Shown: positions 1 to 6,424 of the stretch, piece after piece
Layout: the number at the start of each line of letters is the position of its first letter
Position numbering within the stretch: position 1 is the stretch's first letter
Assembly (NCBI GenBank): GCA_945861645.1
Contig: CAMAVZ010000035.1
Coordinates: forward strand, 1 to 15,591
Length of the DNA: 15,591 bases
Origin: Opitutus sp. GAS368
GTDB lineage: Bacteria; Verrucomicrobiota; Verrucomicrobiia; Opitutales; Opitutaceae
Direction: 5' to 3'
Position numbers and translations under genes: made by a program
The notes under the pieces: model-generated
Seen by the model: only the letters and a program-made list of their open reading frames with translations
Database searches by the model: none
What the model was told of the DNA's origin: nothing

Positions 1-717
1 CGCATGAGTGGGAGCGGGCATGGGCGTCCGGCGGTCGGCGGCCTGACCTTGCGACTAGGGCCCGGGCAAATTCTCGGCCTGCTCGGACCGAATGGATCGG
101 GCAAGAGCACCACGCTCAAGGCGCTGGCTGGCTTGCTCACGCCTACGGCAGGGGGATGTCGGATTTTTGGCCATCGGGCTGAAAGTGCAGCCGCGCGGGC
201 GCTCATCGGTTATTTGCCGGAAGCACCTCAGTACTCCCCCCACTTAACCGGCCGAGGTTTTTTGCATTATTGTGGTGGGCTGAGTTCCTTGCCTCGCGTG
301 GAGCTGGGTCTACGCGTGAGCGCGGTACTCAGTTGGAGCGGGTTGGCCGAGGCGGCTGATCGGCTGATTGCGACTTATTCCAAGGGTATGAAACAACGCC
401 TCGGTTTGGCTCAGGCGATTTTGCATGAGCCCGCGGTGCTCTTATTGGATGAGCCGGCGAGTGGGCTTGATCCGGCGGGTCGACTGATCTTGAGTCAGCG
501 ATTGCGAGAACTGGCCGCTGGCGGCACGACGATCGTGCTGAGCGCGCATTTGCTGACGCCAGCCGCTGAATTATGCGATCGCTTGGCGATTCTGGGGGCG
601 GGACAATTGTTAGTGGAGGGGACGGTGCAAGCCTTGCTCGGGGTGGCGCCGGTGCGAACGTTCGAGCCCTCGCGATTGGAGCAATTGTATTTGGAGCAAT
701 TATCGCTCCATGGTTAG
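1..717 (+). CDS. ABC transporter ATP-binding protein (PilH/XapB-like exporter ATPase); probably 5'-truncated by the window edge
   Basis: Walker A GPNGSGKST, signature YSKGMKQ, Walker B LLLDEP, H-loop LSAH. The frame is open back to base 1 (CGC before ATG at 4), so the true start may lie upstream. Confidence 0.92.
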   Translation, partial: RMSGSGHGRPAVGGLTLRLGPGQILGLLGPNGSGKSTTLKALAGLLTPTAGGCRIFGHRAESAAARALIGYLPEAPQYSPHLTGRGFLHYCGGLSSLPRVELGLRVSAVLSWSGLAEAADRLIATYSKGMKQRLGLAQAILHEPAVLLLDEPASGLDPAGRLILSQRLRELAAGGTTIVLSAHLLTPAAELCDRLAILGAGQLLVEGTVQALLGVAPVRTFEPSRLEQLYLEQLSLHG

Positions 718-1498
718 ACCCGAGCATCAAGGAGCAAGGGCAGCGGGACGCAGGATTCAGCTCATCGCTCAGCACACGCTGGCGGAGGCGGTGCATCTAC
801 GACTCACCTTCGGGCTTGGGCTGATGAGTGCGGTTCTGATGGGGGCCGCTTACAGTTTACGGGAATTTAATTTTGGGGGAGCTGAGTTGAGATTCATCAG
901 CGATTTTGGGTTGGGCGCGCTCGGCTTAGGTGGAGGCTTGTTGGCGGCGCTGGTAACAGCGCAGTTATTTTTTCAGGATCTAGAAACGCATGCCATCTAT
1001 GCTGTGCTGACGCGACCCGGTCAGCGGTGGGAGTATATTGTGGGGAAATTTACCGGAGTGGCGGCGCTGCTCGCGCTATTTTTTGCCGTACTTAGCCTGC
1101 TGTTGGTGGGTTTGCTGCAGGTGCGCGCGGTGGGACTGGGTGGGGTGGGAGTTCGTTGGGAGATATTATTGTACGCCAGTGGGTTGCTCTGGCTGAAGAG
1201 CACGCTGATCGCCGCCATGACTTTATTCGTCGGTACTTACGCTCGTTCTGCGCTGTTCACGAGTTGTCTTGGATTATTGCTCGCGGCCGTGGGGCAACTC
1301 CAAGCCTGGGCCCAGCAAAGTGGCTGGGATTGGCTGCGCGCGTGGCCGAATTTGGCGTTATTTGATGCGCAATCCACACTGGGAATCGGCCAAATTCCTT
1401 CAGCTAGTTGGATGATCGGCACGCTCGGATATTGGGCGGCGTACGGGGCGCTCTTTAATGGACTGGCCGCTTATATTTTTCAGCGCCGTGAAATTTAA
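710..1498 (+). CDS. ABC-2 type permease (PilI/XapC-like)
   Basis: 262 aa with about 6 hydrophobic segments; ABC-2 motif 'DLETHAIYAVLTRPGQRWEYIVGKF' and C-terminal 'IFQRREI'. Overlaps the ATPase end by 8 nt. Confidence 0.88.
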   Translation: MVRPEHQGARAAGRRIQLIAQHTLAEAVHLRLTFGLGLMSAVLMGAAYSLREFNFGGAELRFISDFGLGALGLGGGLLAALVTAQLFFQDLETHAIYAVLTRPGQRWEYIVGKFTGVAALLALFFAVLSLLLVGLLQVRAVGLGGVGVRWEILLYASGLLWLKSTLIAAMTLFVGTYARSALFTSCLGLLLAAVGQLQAWAQQSGWDWLRAWPNLALFDAQSTLGIGQIPSASWMIGTLGYWAAYGALFNGLAAYIFQRREI

Positions 1499-2339
1499 GG
1501 CACTGCGTGGGATGGTGGCGCTGGGACTCCTGGTGGGCGGGAACTCGGGGTTGCGTCACCTTGAGCGGCTGCTCAGTGATCAGCCGGCCGCACGCGGGGC
1601 GCAATGGCGTGAATTACTTGGCCACGGAGGAATCGTGGCGGTGCTGGGTGGAATGCGTTCGGTCGTGGCGAGTGGATTCTGGCTGCAGACTAACCTCGCC
1701 TGGGAGCGGCACGACATTCAAGCGACCATGCTCGGTCTCAACTTAACGGTAGCGGCGGATGAGCGCTCAGATTATTTTTGGCTCAACGGCGCGCGGATGA
1801 TAGCCTACGATTTGCCCGAGTGGCGGGTGTCACCCAATGCGCCACGCGCGGTAAGAGAGAAAGTGCAGCGGGAGCAGGGGAACCAGGCGCTGGAGTTTTT
1901 GCGTAAAGGGATTCAGTGGCATGGAGCCAATGCGGCCTTTTATATTGAGATGGGGAATATTTATCTCCGGCGAATGGATAATCTGGCGGCGGCAGCGGAG
2001 TGTTATCGTCGGGCGGCCGAGCAGCCAGCGGCGCCCTATTACGCAGCTAGAATACACGCTAATTTATTGCAGCAGTTAGGCCGACCGGCGGAAGCCTTAG
2101 CCTGGTTGCTAAAAGTTCTGCCCACGTTACCGGCGAACGAATCCGCGGCGCGGCGGACGCTGGTGGAGGCCTGGATCGAGACGCTTCAGCGAGAAGTCGA
2201 AGCGGTGGAGGCGGAAAAGATGAAAGCAGCAAATAATGTTATAGGCTGGGAGGAGCAAAAGCAGAAAATCGGGCAACTGGGGAAATTAGAAAAGTGGAAC
2301 TGCGGATCCTTTGCCCCCGTCGAAGTTAATCTACGTTGA
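1488..2339 (+). CDS. Membrane-anchored TPR-like protein (PilG/XapA-like ABC accessory protein)
   Basis: Lies in the ORF-track frame 1458..2339. GTG at 1488 (MKFKALRGMVALGLL..., overlapping the permease end) is chosen as the likely start; ATG 1512 is the alternative. TPR-like helices 'ALEFLRKGIQWHGANAAFYIEMGNIYL', 'AAAAECYRRAAEQPAAPYYAARIHANLLQQLGRPAEALAWL'. Confidence 0.75.
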   Translation: MKFKALRGMVALGLLVGGNSGLRHLERLLSDQPAARGAQWRELLGHGGIVAVLGGMRSVVASGFWLQTNLAWERHDIQATMLGLNLTVAADERSDYFWLNGARMIAYDLPEWRVSPNAPRAVREKVQREQGNQALEFLRKGIQWHGANAAFYIEMGNIYLRRMDNLAAAAECYRRAAEQPAAPYYAARIHANLLQQLGRPAEALAWLLKVLPTLPANESAARRTLVEAWIETLQREVEAVEAEKMKAANNVIGWEEQKQKIGQLGKLEKWNCGSFAPVEVNLR

Positions 2340-2554
2340 TCGGTGCCAAACCAATTTAATCACAGGTCTTGTAGATTCGATCTGGATTGTATTTTAATAC
2401 CTATGGCTTGGGTCAGAGGTTATGGGTTATTGGGCCGCGCCCCTAAGCTGCCCAGCGCGCGAGTGTGAGAGACATGCTTAAGCTCCGAACCTTCGCGTCC
2501 CATCGCGGTTTAAATGCCTTGGTCCCTTCCTGATCTCATTTCTCCTGCTAACTG

Positions 2555-2580
2555 AGCAGAGCAGTCTGCTTTACTTTCTT
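2555..2580 (+). terminator. Terminator-like hairpin between the ABC operon and menA
   Basis: AGCAGA-gcag-TCTGCT (6-bp stem) followed by the T-rich TTACTTTCTT. Confidence 0.35.
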
Positions 2581-2649
2581 GAGGGTTGGTGGTTATTGAA
2601 ACCAGATGCGCAGTGTGACGAAAAATTATGGTATACGGGAGAGTGGTTT

Positions 2650-3540
2650 ATGAGCGCCCCCATAACTTGGCGGGTTTGGGTCGAGGCGGCGCGTCTCCGG
2701 ACGCTACCGGCGGCCATTATTCCTGTGCTGGTCGGTACGGCGCTAGCCGCGTCGCAGGGGGTAGCAAATTATACGGCCGCGGCGCTTTGTCTGAGCTTTG
2801 CCCTGTTGGTGCAGATTGGCACGAACTACGCCAATGATTATTATGATTTTATCCACGGGGCAGACACGGCGCAGCGCGTCGGACCGCGGCGGGCGGTTGC
2901 GGCGGGGCTCGTCTCACCGGCCGCGATGCGTCGAGCGATGGCCCTGATCATGCTCGTAGCTTTTCTGGTTGGGCTCGGGCTGATTCGCTTTGGCGGCTGG
3001 TGGCTACTGCCGATTGGCGTGGGCAGCATTCTCTGTGGGATTGCCTACACCGGTGGTCCGTATCCGCTCGGCTATAATGGACTGGGCGACCTTTTCGTTT
3101 TCATATTTTTTGGTTTAGTGGCGGTGACGACGACTTTTTATGTTCAAGCGGGAGGGGTGACGTGGGCCGTCGTGGTTTGCGCATCGGCGGTCGGGCTGTT
3201 GGCGGCGAATATTCTTGTCGCGAATAATTATCGTGATGCCGAAACCGATTTAGTGGCGGGTAAAAAAACCTTGGTAGTTCGATTCGGGCGAAAGTTTGCC
3301 GTTGCTCAGTACGCCGGATCAGTGGGTCTAGCCTTGGCGAGCCCGCTGCTCTTATTTTATTGGGGTTATCACGGGGCAGTCTTGTTGCCGTGGCTGCTGG
3401 GGCCGTGGGCTTATAGTCTGACGCGGCGTTTGGCCGGTTCGCGGACTCCAGCCGAGCAAATCACTTTGCTAGGTGAGACCGCCAAATTTCTAGCGAGCTT
3501 CGGGGTGCTGCTGAGCATCGGGATTATCTGGGGCCGGTAA
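2650..3540 (+). CDS. menA: 1,4-dihydroxy-2-naphthoate polyprenyltransferase (UbiA superfamily)
   Basis: Motifs RLRTLPAAI, QIGTNYANDYYDFIHGAD, AYTGGPYPLGYNGLGD, NNYRDAETDLVAGKKTLVVRFG; multi-pass membrane protein. ATG 2650 follows a GGGAGAG SD-like element and is preferred over TTG 2596. Confidence 0.93.
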   Translation: MSAPITWRVWVEAARLRTLPAAIIPVLVGTALAASQGVANYTAAALCLSFALLVQIGTNYANDYYDFIHGADTAQRVGPRRAVAAGLVSPAAMRRAMALIMLVAFLVGLGLIRFGGWWLLPIGVGSILCGIAYTGGPYPLGYNGLGDLFVFIFFGLVAVTTTFYVQAGGVTWAVVVCASAVGLLAANILVANNYRDAETDLVAGKKTLVVRFGRKFAVAQYAGSVGLALASPLLLFYWGYHGAVLLPWLLGPWAYSLTRRLAGSRTPAEQITLLGETAKFLASFGVLLSIGIIWGR

Positions 3541-3561
3541 CACTCGTCCGTGTCAGCTTAG

Positions 3562-3595
3562 AAAATAAAAAAGACCAGAGCGGGTAGCTCTGGCC
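3562..3595 (-). terminator. Rho-independent terminator downstream of trxA
   Basis: Inverted repeat CCAGAGC(3575-3581)-gggta-GCTCTGG(3587-3593) with an adjacent AAAATAAAAAA that reads as a U-tract on the minus strand. Sits between convergent menA and trxA. Confidence 0.8.
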
Positions 3596-3621
3596 GTGAA
3601 GTGCAGGAGGAGTCCGCGGCG

Positions 3622-3945
3622 CTAGATCTTGCCCGCGAGCTTCGCCTTAAGGGAAGCCTTGTCCATCATGCCAACGAATTGATCGACTTTCTGCCCGTGC
3701 TTGAAGAGCAGCATGGTCGGAATTGCGCGGACGCCGTATTCAGCGGCAAGTTCGCTGCTATCGTCGACGTTCACTTTGGCGATGTTGAGTTTACCGGTCA
3801 GTTCGGTGGCCAATTCGTCCAGAATCGGGGCGATCGCTTTGCACGGTCCGCACCAAGGAGCCCAGAAATCGACGAGGGTAGGCGTCGCGCTGGCGATGGC
3901 AGATTTGAAAGTAGCATTATCAAGAGCGGCAATTTTATCGGACAT
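3622..3945 (-). CDS. trxA: Thioredoxin
   Basis: 107 aa; DFWAPWCGPCK active site; cis-Pro loop 'GVRAIPTMLLFK'. Confidence 0.97.
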   Translation of the reverse strand: MSDKIAALDNATFKSAIASATPTLVDFWAPWCGPCKAIAPILDELATELTGKLNIAKVNVDDSSELAAEYGVRAIPTMLLFKHGQKVDQFVGMMDKASLKAKLAGKI

Positions 3946-3965
3946 AGGGTTAAGATAGTGGGAAG

Positions 3966-3994
3966 ATTATAAATAACAAGTAGGGGGAGATTAA
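3966..3994 (-). promoter_or_regulatory. Candidate internal sigma70-type promoter for trxA
   Basis: Perfect TATAAT on the minus strand (3966-3971), 20 nt upstream of the trxA ATG. The hexamer 17 nt further up (TTAATC, 3989-3994) matches TTGACA at only 3/6 positions. Confidence 0.3.
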
Positions 3995-4245
3995 CGGGGC
4001 GTCGATTTATGAATAATCTCGGCGAGTTCTTGCGGTTCGACGGCTTTCAGGGCTTTGCCGCGAGTTTTTAACTCCTCAAAAGTTTTGATGACAGTCTCGG
4101 TCATACGGCCATGCGTTTTATCCGATCCGCCGACAATCGTAAATTGCTCAGCGGACGTGAGGCGCTTGTGGCCGTCTTGGTTATCGAGACCGACGCCGAG
4201 TAAATGCGCGGACTTAGCTGGGGAGCGGCGGGGTGCTTTCTTCAT
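3991..4245 (-). CDS. Small hypothetical protein (84 aa)
   Basis: Fills the gap between scpA and trxA on the same strand and overlaps the scpA 3' end. Protein-like sequence LLGVGLDNQDGHKRLT...IVGGSDKTHGRMTE resembles a hypothetical family I recall from Verrucomicrobia/Planctomycetes (not verified). Confidence 0.75.
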   Translation of the reverse strand: MKKAPRRSPAKSAHLLGVGLDNQDGHKRLTSAEQFTIVGGSDKTHGRMTETVIKTFEELKTRGKALKAVEPQELAEIIHKSTPR

Positions 4246-5044
4246 CGGATAGCGTTACCGTGTTCGGCTCGGGGAGTGTTTCAAGAATTTTTTCGTCGAC
4301 GGCCGTGCAAAGAATATCGCTGAACGCCTCGGTCTGATCCAAGCGAAGTTTAGCGAGGCGGGTTAGTTCTAGGACGGCGAGAAACGTAGCCACTAAGCGG
4401 CGAAGGGAGATTTTTCCACTAAAAAGTTGCGAGAAGACGAAGGACTTGGTCGTTTTGAGCCGCGCCAAAATATATTCCATTTGGTCGGACACCGTTATCT
4501 GTTCGGAGTGAATGCTGCCGACGACAAGTTTCTCGGCGAGGCGGCGGAGAATGAGGTTAAATGAATTCCACAGGTCGATGCGGTCGACGTGTTTGAGTGG
4601 TCGTTCCGACGAGGGCGCGAAGGCCGAGGTGGGCCGCGCCATCATATTCTGGGCATCAAGTGACATCTGGCCAAGGTTACCCGCGGCTTCCTTGAATTTC
4701 TTGTACTGGAGCAGTTGATGGACGAGTTCCCAACGCGGATCGAGGTCATCTTCCTCGGCATTCGGGTCGATCGCCTGTTGATGCTTAGGGAGCAGCATCC
4801 GGCTTTTAATTTCCATCAAGGTTGCGGCCATGACGAAAAATTCACCGGCGACCTCAATTTGGAGATCCTTCATCGCGTAGAGCGCCTCGAGGTACTGTTT
4901 CGTGACGTTCGCGATCGGAATATCGTAAATATCGAGCTCATTCTTCCTGATCAGGAAGAGGAGCAAGTCGAGCGGGCCCTCAAAGACGGGCAATTTGATG
5001 CGATAATCTGCTTCGGCAACCACGGCGTCAGTCGAGGGGGGCAA
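4214..5044 (-). CDS. scpA: Segregation and condensation protein A (SMC kleisin)
   Basis: N-terminal FEGPLDLLLFLIRKNELDIYDIPI, AGEFFVMAATLMEIKSRMLLP, and C-terminal FLAVLEL motifs. Start is TTG 5044 or GTG 5023 (MVAEADYRIKL). Confidence 0.95.
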   Translation of the reverse strand: MPPSTDAVVAEADYRIKLPVFEGPLDLLLFLIRKNELDIYDIPIANVTKQYLEALYAMKDLQIEVAGEFFVMAATLMEIKSRMLLPKHQQAIDPNAEEDDLDPRWELVHQLLQYKKFKEAAGNLGQMSLDAQNMMARPTSAFAPSSERPLKHVDRIDLWNSFNLILRRLAEKLVVGSIHSEQITVSDQMEYILARLKTTKSFVFSQLFSGKISLRRLVATFLAVLELTRLAKLRLDQTEAFSDILCTAVDEKILETLPEPNTVTLSDEESTPPLPS

Positions 5045-5094
5045 GCGGCAGCGTGCAATCGGAAAAATACTGTGAGGAGATAATCAGGCTGAAT

Positions 5095-6348
5095 TTATTT
5101 CCGCCGAAGCAACGCCACATAGAATCCATCCGTGTTTCGAGTACCGGGCAGGAGGGCAGTGCCGAGGCCATCGTACGCGCCGCCCCAGGATTGGACGGGT
5201 GCTTCGGCTTGAAACTGAGGGTGAGTGTGAAGAAAGGCAGCGACCACATCACCGTTTTCGTGGTGGCTGAGCGAGCAAGTGGCGTAAATGAGGAGGCCAC
5301 CCGCGGCGACGTGCGGAGCGTTGGCGGTGAGAATCTCTTGCTGGGTTTTAGCGAACGCGGCAATCGTGGCCGGTTGCATATACCATTTTAAGTGAGGTTG
5401 GCGACGCCACGTGCCGGAGCCAGAGCAGGGGGCGTCCACGAGTACGCCCGCGTAGGGACCAGTCGGTTCTTGTACGATGGTGACGTTGGTCAAGCGGGCC
5501 CGCTTAGCCCGATCATCGAGTTCATCGAGAATCTCGGGGCGAATATCAGTCGCATCAACCTGGCCAGTGGGGCCGACGAGGCGGGCGAGTTGGAGTGTCT
5601 TGCCACCGGCTCCAGCGCAGGCGTCAAACCAGCGCTCGCCGCTAGCTACGGGGGCACAGGCTAAGACTAATTGGGAGCCGAGGTCTTGGATTTCGACAAA
5701 GCCCCGACGGTAAGCGTCGCTGGTCGCAACTTCGGCATTAGGCGGTAGGCAAAGTGCGTCGGGCAATTCTGGGATGCTCGTAAAATCCCAATGCTGTCCG
5801 CGGAATTCATCGAGGACGAGGTTGCGATCGTTGCACTGAATGCGCACCCAGACATTCGCTCGACGATTAATGGAGTCGAGGTGCGGTGAGGTAAAAGCAG
5901 CGGGGCAATGTTCGCGAAACCAGTCAGGGAGGAGAGCTTCGGCCTCAAATTGGAAGGGAGCAGTGGTCGGGAAATTCGCGGTCGCGGTTATGAGGCGAGT
6001 GAGCATGGCGGCTTTTTCCGCAAGGGCATCGGGCACGATCGGCCAGTCGCTACAGTGGGCGGCGCGGTAGGCGGAGGTCGGCTTGAGCTCGGGGGCGAGC
6101 CAAGCGGTGATTTTGGCGGCCATGACGGGTGACTGGTCGAGCCAAGGTTCGATCCAGGGGAGGAAGCGCAGCGCGGTATAGACGAGTTCGCGGTAGAGTT
6201 TGCGATCCCGGGAGCCGATGGCGCGATTGCGGCTAAAAATTTCTTTAATGCGCCGCGGAAGGGAGCTGTCGCGGCGCAGGTACGGACGAAGATCACTCAA
6301 GAAATTGAGGAATAAACGCTGCTGATTAGCCGCGATATTAGGGTTCAT
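5095..6348 (-). CDS. RsmB/NOP (Fmu/Sun) family RNA m5C methyltransferase
   Basis: EIQDLGSQ, SAM motif DACAGAGGKT, motif IV DAPCSGSG, motif VI YATCS, C-terminal DGFYVA. The exact RNA target cannot be assigned from sequence. Confidence 0.92.
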   Translation of the reverse strand: MNPNIAANQQRLFLNFLSDLRPYLRRDSSLPRRIKEIFSRNRAIGSRDRKLYRELVYTALRFLPWIEPWLDQSPVMAAKITAWLAPELKPTSAYRAAHCSDWPIVPDALAEKAAMLTRLITATANFPTTAPFQFEAEALLPDWFREHCPAAFTSPHLDSINRRANVWVRIQCNDRNLVLDEFRGQHWDFTSIPELPDALCLPPNAEVATSDAYRRGFVEIQDLGSQLVLACAPVASGERWFDACAGAGGKTLQLARLVGPTGQVDATDIRPEILDELDDRAKRARLTNVTIVQEPTGPYAGVLVDAPCSGSGTWRRQPHLKWYMQPATIAAFAKTQQEILTANAPHVAAGGLLIYATCSLSHHENGDVVAAFLHTHPQFQAEAPVQSWGGAYDGLGTALLPGTRNTDGFYVALLRRK

Positions 6349-6424
6349 GAAAAATTAAAAGTCCGCGAAATAATTAACCTAAATGAGGCACGCCCAAGTG
6401 CGGCCAGAATCGCAGGGAGCGTGG

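Noticed and set aside
329..796. 155-aa minus-strand ORF
   Set aside because: Antisense to the ABC ATPase and permease; Pro/Arg/Ala-rich off-frame composition.
3601..3972. 123-aa plus-strand ORF
   Set aside because: Antisense shadow of trxA with no recognisable motifs.
3991..4245. Possible scpB or PVC-superphylum signature protein
   Set aside because: Too short for ScpB and lacks its motifs; the sequence does not match my recollection of the PVC signature protein.
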